A stretch of DNA of 64,000 nucleotides from Podarcis liolepis. Taxonomy: Eukaryota. The stretch lies in the NCBI GenBank assembly GCA_965112155.1, contig OZ218105.1; one strand, given 5' to 3'. The notes under the pieces are model-generated. The model made no database searches, was not told the origin of the DNA, and saw nothing but the letters and a program-made list of their open reading frames with translations. Below are positions 22,895-35,754 of the stretch, in pieces; position 1 is the first letter of the stretch; every line of letters begins with the position of its first letter. A program made the position numbers and the translations under genes.

Positions 22895-24507
22895 CTACAG
22901 GACTAGTTGAAACTCTCTGGGAAGGAGGCCGGAACCCTGGGGCCTTGGAGTTATCAGGATGCACATTTTCCATGTGCCCCATCACAGAGTTACCCAAAAA
23001 CGTAGACTGGACAGTGTAAGGTTGGTCTGCTGCTCCTCGTGTGGACAGTGGGCAGTCTCCCCATCCCTGGTTAGCTGGCACCTGGTTGCTATCAAAAAGA
23101 CTGCTAAAGTGATTGAAGAGTGTTGCTGGGCCAAATGTAGGAGGCAAGGATTTGTTTGCTGGGTTAATATGCATCTGAGAACCGTTCATAACGTTCATGG
23201 GCGATGACAGCTGAACTGTGGGTGGTGGCCCTTGCGAAGGTGTCAAAGGTACTGCATTTGTAACGAAAATGGACTGAGGTTCCTGATGTATGTTTGCATT
23301 TGGTACCATTGAATAAAATGAATTTCTAGGTTGCATTCTGTGAGAGACACGGGGTGCTGGTACAGCTAACTGAGGTAAGGTACCATTGTCCTGATTATCC
23401 GTAGCAACCGATCTAGGTGACGCTAAGCTTAATGGAGTAGGTTCTGAACTGGAAGAGAAAGGCATAGATATGGGAGGACTTAAGTCAGACATATTGGTCG
23501 GCAGTGTTTCATCTTGCGCATTGTTTGGAGGTGCAGGACTGCTAGATGTGCACGTTTCTATGACTCCTGAAGTGCTGCCAGATGAGATATTGCTGCTAGC
23601 AGCAACCGATGATGGCACACATGCGTTTCCAACAGATTGTTCTGGTGTTGATGCCTTTTCTTTGGGTACTGGGGCAGAAGAAACAGCATCTGTTTTAAGT
23701 GCAGACTGCTGTGCCTGTGGAACACTAGCGGGTAGAAATGTAGTGGGAACATGCCCCGTGTTTTCAGGTGCAGGAGAAGCTGAAGGCAGTGTGCTACATG
23801 TAGTTGTCACAGTTGAGATCACTGTCGTCATGGTACTTGTTTTAGGAACGCAAGCGAACAACTGCTTCCTGACCGATGATGGAGTCCGGTTACTTGTAAC
23901 ACAGAGTGGCTGGGAGGATGCAACTACTGAAGAGACAGTACCAGGACAAGTGGGAGCTAAACCCGTGGATTCAGGCTGCAAAATATTGCCGTTCTGGTTA
24001 ACTACGCGACTTGAACTGTTATGCTTTGGAGAGCTATTTGTGCTGCCTGGGTTAACTGGCCTCACTGGGAATGGTCCCCAGGTGTTTGGAGAGGTTGAAA
24101 ATGTTCCTCCAAATTGGGCCATCGGTAAGCGAGGGTGACGAATTTGTTGCATAGTTTGGGCAGCCAATATGGCAAAGTGAGGGTGGGAATAAGCTAAGGG
24201 AAGAGAGACTGGAAAAGAAGAGCGCACGTTTGCAGGGACATTCTTGCTTAATTTGTTAGCAGACTGGAAGGTAGACAGCGTTGATGACTGAGAGGTGACA
24301 AGAGATGGAGCTCCAAGGGGAAATGAGTTTTTGTTTGATGCTGAAGCAGTACTGACGCCAGATGAAAAATTTGTATGGACTGACTTGGTGCTGGAAGCAG
24401 GTGTTCTTATATGAGTTTTAGGAATTAAATCTTCCAGTTCCTTGGCAGGATCTTGAATAAGGGCATTAATAAGTTGTACTGCATATCTTGTTGATTCTGT
24501 TCCACCC
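22895..24507 (-). CDS. ANKHD1: ANKHD1 exon 29-eq (end of KH domain plus long S/P/T-rich region)
   Basis: 1613-nt open exon, phase 2-1, GGTESTRYAVQLINALIQDP...APGFRPPSQRVSTSPV; contains ORF 22860..24227. Confidence 0.97.
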
Positions 24508-24615
24508 CTGAAATAGAGAAGGCAGGATCATCTTTAGAACACAAGCCTCAGTTCAGTACAACTTAAATCCATTTGAAAAACATGAGCTTTAAACATTAGA
24601 TTTTAGGCACTCTAC

Positions 24616-24765
24616 CTTATTGTGATCATTCTCTCTCCATTTTTATCTTTTTGTTTGTCCACATCAATATGAGCACCAGTGACATCCTGGATTGCTGTGA
24701 TGTTGCACCCACCTCTTCCCATTATTCGAGAAACAACGGATGCTGGGACAGAGAGCTTTTTTGAC
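24616..24765 (-). CDS. ANKHD1: ANKHD1 exon 28-eq (KH domain, GRGG loop)
   Basis: SKKLSVPASVVSRIMGRGGCNITAIQDVTGAHIDVDKQKDKNGERMITIR; 150 nt, phase 2-2. Confidence 0.96.
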
Positions 24766-24843
24766 CTAAATGACAAAAATTATAAATGTTTTGAGGGCTT
24801 CCTGCTTTTAAGTTTAAGAGATTTAGGTAGTATTATTATATAC

Positions 24844-24923
24844 TTGGCCTGAAAAGCGAGATGAGAGCTGCACCCCATAGTCGCCTCTGACTGGACTTAA
24901 CTGTCCAGGAGTCCTTTACCTTT
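24844..24923 (+). mobile_element. Sauria SINE 3' fragment
   Basis: GCGAGATGAGAGCTGCACCCCATAGTC...GTCCTTTACCTTT matches the 3' ends of the other copies. Confidence 0.7.
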
Positions 24924-26544
24924 AACCAAATATTATAGTATGTCATTTTGATAACTAGACAGGCATCTCAGGATAGTTAAGTGATATTCTTGCGGATATT
25001 CTGGGCCTTGTTAGATGTGTGTTCTGGGCATGTGAATTTTTGTTTAACTTAGGCTAATAGCTCTTAAGATAATGCTACTGTAATTCACACATTAACTGAC
25101 AAACTTTTAAAAAGCCTCCCTTGAGAATATGAGTATTACTGACAAACTGAATGGTTACTATGCCTTTTAACTGCTATGCATGCTTTAGAACTGGAGATAT
25201 ACCACATATTTTACTCTACAGCTCTGAAAACACTAATGAAGAAGCTCCATGTGTGCTGAAAGGCATGGAAAGTTTTTTGGTGTTTTTTTTTAAAAAAATC
25301 CCTGTTATTATATATCTTGTACCTGTTGACTCACTATCTTTTCCTTTAGTTATTTTAAAAAATGACATTCCCTCCAACAATTCCGGCAGCCTTGGAAGTT
25401 TAAAAGCCCTTTCCCCAGCACTTCCTCACATGGATTCTATTTTCTTCCTCTCTTCAGCTCAGTTCCGAAAGTGATACATAAACCCCTGTAATCCACACTC
25501 CCTGAAGTTCTAAACCCTCATTGATTCCACCCACAGCCTCATCTACAGCCTATTCATAAATCCTCTTCAATTCCAATGCAGAACTTTTGAATGCCACCAA
25601 AGTACCTTTTTGCTCCTGAAAGACAGCGTCCACCTCTCTGCAGCTGAAACTGTTCAATTGGCGTTGACTGCAGAGTGTTGCTAGGGGAAGGGTCCTTTAA
25701 AACTCTGCCTACTTGCCTGTCAAGGATAGAAAATACAATTTTCATTAGTTTTCTAGGCGAGAGATGAAAAGAGATCCGAGTCATACATTTTCAAGCTCAG
25801 GTCCAGACAAGAAAACGAGAACGAGTTCTCTCGTTCTCCCTGTTTTATTTGTTACATATATATTATCGATCTCTATGGAAACCCAAGGGATCTCCAAGCC
25901 AGATATTAGCAGGTCCCAGATCTACTCAGCTCTACACATATGGAACTATTGTAGGCACTTCCAAAACATGTTCTAATTGTACCCTAGATTAGACTAAAAT
26001 ATCACAATTATTTAAAACACTAGGAAATCTTAAGAAACTGGTGTGATAGGCATATGGAACCTGATATTGTGAATATTTTAGATGGCAGTCCATTTAAGGC
26101 CTATTGAAATCGCTTGAGCAGTTAATGGCTTATTGTCCTCTTCATTTCAACAGGATTAAGTACTTCATTAGAATCACTATGCTCCAGACAGGGCAGAATC
26201 TATAGCTCTGTTAGGATAGCAAAATATCTCTTTTTAAAATAGTTTCTTGACAGAGAGGGAAGGCTTTGGAAGCATACATATTTCTACAAGATTCACTATT
26301 GTTAATATGTTTACAAATGCATCAGCAGCCAAGAAAAAAAGTTACATCAGAACTGTTACATATGGAAAAGTATATGGTTTCATATTAACGGCTCAGATTT
26401 AAAATGTCAAAATTTCCTGTACTGAAAAGCAGTTCACATGGCTTCTAAAAGCTCTGTATTGTTTGCCTCTATTAAGTGTACTTTTTATATTGTAAATAGG
26501 CCTGTGCTCCTCGGATGAAGGGTAGTACAGAAATTTAATTAATA

Positions 26545-28104
26545 ATAATAATTTATTTATTAAATTTATATACTGCCCTTCATCTCAAGGCAGTTCACAA
26601 GATAAAAATACAAGATAGAAGAACAAAGTAAGTAGTTAAAAAACCCCTCCTCTCACAAACACATTTAAAAAACGGTAGAATCATAGCTATCAACTTTTTC
26701 CTTTTCTTGCGAGGAACCCTATTCGGAATAAGGGAATTTCCCTTTTTTAAAAAAGGGAAACGTTGACAGCTATGTGTAGAATATCAATCAGCCAAGGGCC
26801 TGGTTGAAGAGGAATGTTTTTGCCTGGTGCCTAAAGATATATAATGGAGGCACCAGATGGACCTCTCTGGGGAGAGCCTTCTACAAATGGGGAGCCACTG
26901 CGGAAAAGGCCCTTTCTTGTGTTGCCACCCTCTAGACTTCTCATGGAGGAGGCACACAAAGAAGGGCTCAGATGACGATTGCAGGCTCTGGGTTGGTTCA
27001 TATGAGGTGAGTTGGTCCTTGAGGTATTGCAGTCCTGAGCTGTTAAAGGCTTTATAGGTCAAAACCAGCACTCTGAATTGGGTCTGGAAGCTGATTGGCA
27101 GCCAGTGGAGTCCGGCCAGGATCAGTATATGCTCAAACTGTCTTGCACCTGTAAGCAACCTGGCTGCCAAATTCTGCACCAGAAGTTTCTGAACTGTCTT
27201 CAGAGGCAGCCCTACGTATAACACATTTCAGTATTCCAACCTAGAGGTTTCCAGAGCACAGACAACAGAAGTTAGGCTATCCCTGTCCAGACAGGGGCAC
27301 AGCTGGGCCACCAGCCGAAGCGGATGGAAGGCAATCAGCACCACTGAGGCCACCTGAGGCTCAAGCGACAGCAAAGGATCCAGGAATACCCCAAGCTGCT
27401 CACCTGCTCCTTCAGAGGCAGCATAACCCCATCAAGAGCAGGCAACCTCCCATCCATCCAGACCAGTGCCTTAGTCTTATCTGGACTGAGCTTCAACTTG
27501 CTGGCTCTCATCTGGTCCATTACTGAGGCAAGAAAACGGTCCAGCACACCCACTGCCTCACCTGCAGATGCTAAGGTGAAGTAGAGCTGTGTCATCAGCA
27601 TCTTGCTGACAACGTACTCCAAAACTCCAAATGACCCCACTCAGCAGTTTCATGTAAACAGCAGAGGGGATAAAATCGAGCCCTGAGGAACTCCACATTG
27701 ACAGTTCCACGGGGCTGCAGAGCACTCCCCAAGCATTACCCTCTGAGAACCACCATCCAAGTAGGGCTGGAACCACTGCAAAGTGGTGCCACCTACCCTC
27801 AACGCAGACAACTGCTCCAGAAATCGATGGTACTGAAAGTTGCTAAGAGGTTAAGAAAGAGCGCCTGAATCTGGTGCATGAACATCTACTCTAGAACCTT
27901 GCCCAAGAACGGGAGTAGTTTTACCACTGTCTCCTTCAAGCAGGCAGGGACCAACCCCTCTCGTAAGAAGGCATGAATCACCTGCCTGACCCAGCCAGCT
28001 GTCTCCTCACTGCTAGTTTTTTATCAGCCACGAGGGTCCAGAGCCTAAGTGGTTGCCCTGACTAATCCAAGCACCTTGTCTGCATCCTCGAGCCTTACTA
28101 ACTT

Positions 28105-28135
<31 letters not shown>

Positions 28136-28140
28136 GGGCT
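26545..28140 (-). mobile_element. L2 LINE, degraded RT plus C-terminus
   Basis: Minus frames show an ADDT RT motif, LKLSPDKT, LYVGLPLKTVQKL..AARLLTG and LHWLPI..RVLVLTYKA; (TAAA)n tail. Confidence 0.88.
26682..26774. mobile_element. Small hAT-like MITE nested in L2
   Basis: TIRs CATAGCT(A/G)TCAAC; 8-bp TSD (G/T)GTAGAAT. Confidence 0.8.
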
Positions 28141-28539
28141 CTGACAAGAGAACTGACAATCTGCTTCCCACACACCCAGCATCTCAGCTTTACATAATAG
28201 GGGGCATACACAAACCTCAGGCTCAACTCCTCGCCGAATCTTCACTGTGAACTAGGATCCATGAGTATGTGCTACTTATGTGATGCTACTAACACTTAAG
28301 TTTGTGTGATAGGAGAGAGAATGTGACCCTAATGTTTGCTCAACTCCACAGCATTTAAGACTTATAATGTATGTTAACGTTAGCAAATGCCAAGTGCTTA
28401 AAAAAAAAAAATCTGACACGTGTATCCACTACCATTCGTATACTGTCAAACCTTCACCCCCAATTCAAAACTGACCAAATTACCAATCATGCTCAAACTG
28501 GTCAGATGCCATTCATGAAACTGCATGAAAACAACTTAC

Positions 28540-28686
28540 CTCCTCACTACTTCTTTCCAGCCTTCTTCTCTTTTTTGCCCTCTTTTTGGACTAGTCAGAT
28601 TCAACTTTATGTTCGGAGACGTCAGAGGCAGGGACACAGATTTATAACTTGTTGTTAAGGAGTTTGGATTAGCTTCACCTTCAAGT
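28540..28686 (-). CDS. ANKHD1: ANKHD1 exon 27-eq: RLEGEANPNS...KREEGWKEVVR
   Basis: 147 nt, phase 2-2. Confidence 0.95.
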
Positions 28687-30548
28687 CTAAAAACAAAGAG
28701 AAGTTTGATTATAGATTGCCTGCCACCAAACGATTTAAACCTCAATTCCAATTACTGAATTCCATGTAAGTCAATGATACAAATTGTTATCAATAAGGCC
28801 CTCCAAGTGCTCAGGCAGCATAATCCTATTTCCAGATGAGTTCAGGTGAGCACAGAATATGGAACATTTGTTCCTAATACAGGAAGCTCTATCAACAGAT
28901 CAGCACTAATGACTATGTAGGGGGGCACTTATTTTGAAAAAAGATTAATAACTTTTGATAACACTTAATGGCAGCGTAAATTGTTTTGTGGCAACAGTTG
29001 AATTAATTATGTGCAAAGGGGATGGGGGACTGTTGAACAGCCTGCTTACCTGAATCTAGTGTTCTTATGAGTGGTAATTATGCAGATACGCTTAAAGGTT
29101 ATGAACCTGTGCACAGCATTGTTCAGAACTTTTTGAATTTAAAACTAACTTTTGGCACAAACGATTTGCCCAAGTGTAGTGTAAATGTACCACAACTTCC
29201 TGCTTGGCACTTAAGAATCATAGTTATACAGCTACCTGCAACAAGGAAGACCAACTGTGTGGATGCACAGATACTATGTGGGAAACATCAATTTCAGGTA
29301 AGCAAGCTCAGCTTTGTGGGTTTTTTTGTGGGGGCACAAACATAGGAGATTGGTAAGCTAGTTATTGAGATAGTGGATGCAGGTATCTTCGTATGAACAA
29401 GGGTAAGGATAGCCCACATCTGAAGTGTTCACTCAGCTTAAGTTGACAACTGGGGCCAGGTAGAACAATACATATGGAGCACCATGCAAAGGTTGTGACT
29501 AGAATGTACTCAAAAACCACCTGGTACTTGGGTATTGGGCCAGTTCATGTTACATGGTATGTGAAGAGACTCAATTAGAAAATTCTGAAGATGGCACTTG
29601 GATGAAAGACAAAGAAGAAATTCTCCCTAATGATAAAAAGGTGGCTGAAAAGATAACTGAACAGAAAAATGTGGAATTCACCCCATAGGCCACAAGCACT
29701 ATAGTCAAAGAGCAGATCTTTTACACCAGAAGTATCTAGGTTTAGTTCTAGAAGGTTTGAATAGTGCAGAGGCAGAACCTGCGAGTGCCTGGGCAGACCA
29801 AAACTGGTATATATTGCAACTACAACTGAAATCCATGAAAAGGACCTTCTCCATAGCTGTACCAAGGCCCTGGTGCTCAACAAGTTTGTCATGCTCCTGC
29901 CACTTGAAACTATAGTGAATGCCAAATATTTTTGCTTAAAAAAGAAGACTTGACTTTGGACTGTAACATCTGGTTTTAGTAGCTGGCTGATTTTGAGCTA
30001 CTTAGATATGTCAGTTGTAATTGTTTCATCTTCTGTTGTTGCTTTTAAAGATTTGTTTTATCTTTTTATGCTATATAATAACAACAACAATTTATACCCC
30101 GCCCATCTGGCTGGGTTTCCCCAGCCACTCTGCTTAGATCTTGTAAAAACTTGATGTTTTGTTATTTTAATAGTGATGGTCTTAGGTACCTTGTACTATT
30201 TATAAGAAATGTAAGGTATGAATCTTTTAAAGAATACGGAACTAGCTAATCATGAAGCGTAGGCCTGTAGCCAACATGTATTCACAGGATCTCTCTAAAA
30301 CAAGCATGGGAAACTTTTAAAGGGACTTAATTAGGCCCACAGGGCTGTTTCTGTCTAACCACACCCACTTGCCCACACACGACATCAACTGTGGGGGCAG
30401 GCAAACCCACAACTGCAAAGGAATCACCAGGAGCATTAAAGGGAGCTTCCCACTGTTCCTTATCAAGCAGTAAATTCCAGTGGGCCTTGCATTCGGTGCT
30501 AAATTTTAGAAGGTTCCGAATGCAAGCCTTGCTTGCACAGGGACAATA

Positions 30549-30779
30549 CAGTGGTACCTTGAGTTAAGTACTTAATTCGTTGCGGGGGTCCGTTCTTAAC
30601 CTGAAACTGTTCTTAACCTGAAGCACTTTAGCTAATGGGGCCTCCTGCTGCCGCCAGAGCATGATTTCTGTTCTCATCCTGAAGCAAAGTTCTTAACCTG
30701 AAGCACTATTTCTGGGTTAACGGAGTCTGTAACCTGAAGCATATGTAACCTGAAGTGTATGTAACCTGAGGTACCACTG
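30549..30779. mobile_element. Tc1/mariner (Tigger-like) MITE, family B, copy 1
   Basis: TIRs CAGTGGTACCT; TA TSD; internal TAACCTGAAG subrepeats. Confidence 0.9.
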
Positions 30780-31413
30780 TATAAAGTGCACCCTAATATT
30801 TCCAATAGTTCCTTTGCAGTCATGTCAGGTATGGATGGGACAGGTGGGTGCAGCAGGGGGAAATGGCCTTGTGCATCACGTTAGCCGCCCCTGCTCTAGA
30901 TTATGGGGAATTGGGAACCATTAGCCTTGGCTAAGCAACACACTTGCATGCTAATGGTCACTGCTCCCACCAACAGGAAACCTTTGATGCAGGAGGATGA
31001 CAACTGCTAAGAGGAGAACAGGTGCTCATGTGCGGAGCAAGCAGCATCTGTTACACCCACCTTCACCACGAGGTCAGAGAACCTGCTGCCCAACCCTGTC
31101 TTCAAAGTTACATTCTGGCAAAACTAGGTATCATTTGCTGTTACTGTTGTCCTGGAGGATTAACGTGCAGCTGTTGCTTTTAATTGCTTTGCTTTGCTTT
31201 TGATCAGGAGGGATGAATTAGAGGTTACCAAGGAGAGCTCATCTCCTTAGTAACATCTAATTTGGGGATCTATAAGGTAATTTAAAGCCTCTAATCCCCC
31301 AACCTTGAAGCCCAAGGTCCAAAACATGTGCATTCAGAAACATTTCAGCATCAAGCTAGCATGAAAAAGACTCATTAAAAGCTTCAGTAATGGAGATATA
31401 ACTTGTGACTCAC

Positions 31414-31870
31414 CTGGTTTGCACTTTGGAAACTGAGGTGTTAGTCTTGTCTTCCTGAGAAGGGAGCAGTACTGAGGCATATCGTCTCTCGCCTGAAGAG
31501 TGTGTGTCCATAGTGAAGTTTAGTTCCTGGCTTTTACCACCGCTGCTGCTCTCACTATTGCAATCTGTGCTGTCTAAGTTGTCAGAATCACTATTCCCAC
31601 CAGCACTACCGCCTCTTGGCTCTCCGTTGATTTTATTTTTATCTGCTTTTTGCTGTGCTAGAGTTATATGCTGGTCTGGCAAAATTATCTGCACATTTTG
31701 AGGAGTGTCTTTTGTTTTATTCTTCTTATTCTTTCTATTTGTGCTGGGAGTTGTTACCACATTGGCCCTCTTCTTTCCAAAAGCATTTGTGAAAGTAGTT
31801 GATGTTGCAGATATTCCAATAGTAGTTGTAGTGGTTGCACTTGGAGGCTCTAAAGGAACTTCTTGATCAA
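31414..31870 (-). CDS. ANKHD1: ANKHD1 exon 26-eq: VDQEVPLEPPSATTTTTIGIS...SKVQTR
   Basis: 457 nt, phase 1-2. Confidence 0.96.
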
Positions 31871-32699
31871 CTGAAACAAAACAGATTTTTTTTAAAAAAA
31901 ACTTAATGATGGGAACAGTGCCCCCCCAAAAAAAAACTGTATCAGAATTCGTAGTGACTTGTACCATGACATCAAAGGCAGAGTTTTTCTGCAGGTTAGA
32001 CCAGACTTTTAGCATTCTGGTTTTAAATCTATTTTTTAAATGCTTTACTAGCTGTTTAAATCAATGAATTAAAAAAGCACTTCTTTTGAAACCTGCTATT
32101 CTAGGAACTGTTTGTTGATTTGCTTCTGTATGTATCATATAGAACTATATAGCATCAATGTATAAGGTACTTTACAGGGTAGCAAGAACTCAGATGGCCT
32201 GAAATTGGACAATATTAACATGCAAAGCTTCATTTCAGAGGGATGAGATTCGAAGGTGATTTCAAAAGTTTTAGGGAAGAGGTGGCTTTGGCTGAGTTAC
32301 TAACAAGGGAGTAAAAAAAGTGACAGTACAACTTGAGTCCCATTTTTGCATTACCCCGGAGTTGCTGCAGAACTTCTTCCCACATGGTTAGGGTAGAGAT
32401 GAGATGAGCCATTCAGAAGGGGCTGTAACCAGGACTTACTTTACCCAGTGCCATAGGAATAAGTGGTGCTGAAGTCAGTTCCAGTCATCAGAATTATAGG
32501 GGGGGGGGGGAACCCGGGCCAGGTGTGAAGAAGAAACAGGAAGGGATACTTGAGAGAGCAGGTTATTGTTGGATGGCCAAGGGTAATAGACACAGTGCTT
32601 ACAGTATCCATTATGTAAGACACACAGATCCTTTCCCAAAGCAGAGTTTAAATCTACAGTCTGACTGGGTTGTGGCAGAAGAGGAAAGATAAAGATTAT

Positions 32700-33760
32700 C
32701 CTTTGGGGCCGTCATGTTAGGTTGGGCATGGGAGGCACTGTAGTATGTTGGCTCCAGAGCGTCCTAAAGGATCAGTCCAAGGTGGTGCTGGGGGCCTTCA
32801 AGTTCTCACCCTTGATCTGTGGGGTGCTTCAAGGTATTATTCTGACGACACGCTGTTTAACATGGAGAGTTGGACTTTGGTGTCACCAATATGCAGACAA
32901 CACCTAGGTCTAACCTACAACCAGGTCCGTCCCCCCCCAGCCGGAACTCAGTGCCATTATAAGAAAACAATGAAAGCTTTCATGGTGAGTTAGGGCACCT
33001 CTTTTTCTAGAAAAATAGCACTGCCTGCATCTTCCTGAAGCTGTGGAACATCTGAACAGGTGTCTGAAAACGATTCTGGCATACATGAGGGTGAACATGC
33101 TGAGGCTTAATCCAGACAAGACGGAGGTACTCTCCATGGATGGAATGATTTAACAGTCCTGAATGGGGAAGCACTCTGGCTTGCATCCTGGGATTAGGGC
33201 TAGGAATACCTTTTACCAGTTTAGGCTGATAGAGCAGCTATGGCCCTATCTAGAGAGACCAGACCTTGCCTCAGTAATCCACACACAAATTACATCCAAG
33301 ACATTACCATAATGGATTCTTTGTGTAGCTGCCTTTGAAGATGGTCTGGAAACTCCAAGTGGTGCAGGTTTCCACTGCTAGGATGCTGGTAGGGACAAGG
33401 GAACTGGAGGACATGACACCAATTCTGTACCAAATGCACTGGTTATAGGTGCGTTTCTGGATGCAATTCAAAGTGCTTGTATTAACCTTGAAGGCCCTAT
33501 ATGGTTTGAGACAGAATTATCTGAAGGATAAATGTATGAAGCAATCATACAAACTTGCCTGGGCACTGAGATAAGTCTCAGAGGCCCTGTTTGTGTACCT
33601 TCCTATGATGTCAATTTGGTTGCCAGGCATGAGAAACGGGGCCTTTTCTGTGGCAGCCCCCAGCCTGTTACACTCCTACACACAGAAGCACAGAAACTAT
33701 GCATTTTTAAATGGGTTTTAAAACCCATCTTTTTCAAAATGTATTTTCTGGACTAAGCCT
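32700..33760 (+). mobile_element. Old L2 LINE fragment
   Basis: Degenerate GVLQG, HQYADNT, LRLNPDKTEVL, LPLKMVWKLQ and HWL motifs. Confidence 0.8.
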
Positions 33761-34016
33761 TTTCTTCACTACAGAGTCATTCTAAATACAACTCTACTAG
33801 TTATATAAATAAGAAAGGAAAAGCATTGTGTTTGTGTATGATGTACACTACTAACAGAGTCCCTCACACATGACTTGGATTTCCTTACTCAAATGAAGTG
33901 ACCAATTATTACCAAAACACATGTAAAATTTACTTTCACTCTGTGCTTTAGAAGAGTTTTAAATCCCAAAAATACAAGTTTAGAAAACTAAGTTGAAGGA
34001 GTGATGAATTCCTCAC

Positions 34017-34191
34017 CATCATCATCATTCTCATCTTCATCTTCATCTTCTTGCAGCTCTAGTGTTTCCTTAGGTTTGTGCTCCTCATCTTCTTCCTGTT
34101 TTCGTTTTTGCTCTTCTTTCTTCTTCTTTCTCTTCTCCTTCCTCTTCTCTCTTTTTGCTGCAAGAGCCTGCTTTCTACTCTCTTCTCTGGA
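34017..34191 (-). CDS. ANKHD1: ANKHD1 exon 25-eq: SREESRKQALAAKREKRKEKRKKKKEEQKRKQ...ENDDD (basic NLS-like plus acidic)
   Basis: 175 nt, phase 0-1. Confidence 0.95.
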
Positions 34192-34353
34192 CTGTGGAAA
34201 AATAATTTACAATATACCTGATTACACACCAATATAGAATATAAACATATCTACAATGATAACTACAGCAAATGCATTATATAAAGAATTCTAAATTCTC
34301 CAGTGTCTTCTTTTTGGCTCAAGAAACCTCCATAATGAATGATCCCCCCACGC

Positions 34354-34482
34354 AAATAAAATAAAATAAAATAAAATAAAATAAAATAATAATAATTGGC
34401 TGGGTTTCCCAAGCCACTCTGGGCGGCTTCCAACTGAATATTAAAAACAATACCTCATCAAACATTAAAAACTTCCCTAAAC
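34354..34482 (-). mobile_element. L2-like LINE extreme 3' end with (TTTTA)n tail; a related fragment lies at ~30080-30132
   Basis: GGCTGGGTTTCCC.AGCCACTCTG occurs at both sites next to simple-repeat tails. Confidence 0.55.
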
Positions 34483-34742
34483 ATGAAAGTAAACTGAAAA
34501 AGTAAAACGAAAAAGTAAAAAAATGAAAGTAAACAGAAGTGGTTTTTCCAATCTGGCTTGGCTCACACAGATCCCATCCTGTGTGGGAAAGCGCACTGTT
34601 GCTTAGGTCAACTGTGCTACAAATGTGTTTTGTAATAGATTTGTCTACAGATATGCCTAGATTGTCCTTAAGAGTGGAAACCTTGAAAGCCACCTTCAAA
34701 TACTGAATATAAATCAATCTGCAGTGGTCCTGCTCTTTTATA

Positions 34743-34968
34743 CAGTGGTACCTCGGGTTACATATGCTTCAGGTTACAGACTCCGCTAACCTAGAAATAG
34801 TGCTTCAGGTTAAGAACTTTGCTTCAGGATGAGAACAGAAATTGTGCTCCGGCGGCACGGAAGCAGCAGGAGGCCCCATTAGCTAAAGTGGTGCTTCAGG
34901 TTAAGAACAGTTTCAGGTTAAGTACAGACCTCCGAAACGGATCAAGTACTTAACCCGAGGTACCACTG
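34743..34968. mobile_element. Tc1/mariner MITE, family B, copy 2, inverted relative to 30549-30779
   Basis: Same TIRs and TA TSD; interior is the reverse complement of copy 1. Confidence 0.9.
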
Positions 34969-35637
34969 TATTGCAATTGTAGACCAATTTTTTATACCTG
35001 TTTTAGTGGACTACATTTAGTTTAAGGTATGTTTAAGTCTAGGCTTCATAAAACATGAATATGATCCTGACTAATTAACATGAACTCAAGAGTCCCCCGA
35101 AGGAAACATATGCTTACTAAAAGCTAAAAAAAGTGGTGATCAAGCGCACAAGGTGAAGCAGGAGTGCTGGGACTCTTGACACTTGTTTCAAGCTTTATAA
35201 ATGTATGAGGCTGAGAAAGGGTGTCTAAACTAGACCATAGTGTAGTGGACCACTTTGTGTTATTACTATCCATAACTAAAGTAAGCTTTACTTTGGAATC
35301 CCCCCCCCCCAACCGCAAGATACTGCTTTAGTAACTACTAGCTTGCTACGTTACACAGGAAGATGTAGCAAGAAGGCCAAAGATCTAATCCAGAATGTGG
35401 CTCATGGGGATGGTTAGGATTTTCAACTGTTAGATCTATACCAATTTGATTTAGAAGTCTTGCTAGCCTGAGTGAAGGAGTGATGGTGGCTTACTCCAGA
35501 AAATTAAAATCCACAGCAGACTCAGATTAGTCCTCTGCTGCATTTATCCCACGCAGGTGCATGCGTAAGTCTGAGAGAGGATTTCACTTGATTTATGTAA
35601 CAGTATTTAAGCAAGGGGATGTACTCTATCATCTTAC

Positions 35638-35754
35638 CTTTTCCAAATCTAGCTCTTTTAGCAGGATGCTTGCATTCTTATTTGCTTCAGCTGCTTGCTG
35701 GTCCTTTGCCTTCACAATTGTTTCAACACACTGGTGACATTTCTTCAGCAAATC
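35638..35754 (-). CDS. ANKHD1: ANKHD1 exon 24-eq: DLLKKCHQCVETIVKAKDQQAAEANKNASILLKELDLEK
   Basis: 117 nt, phase 0-0. Confidence 0.95.

Noticed and set aside
23470-24138. 222-aa plus-strand ORF
   Set aside because: Antisense shadow of the large ANKHD1 exon.
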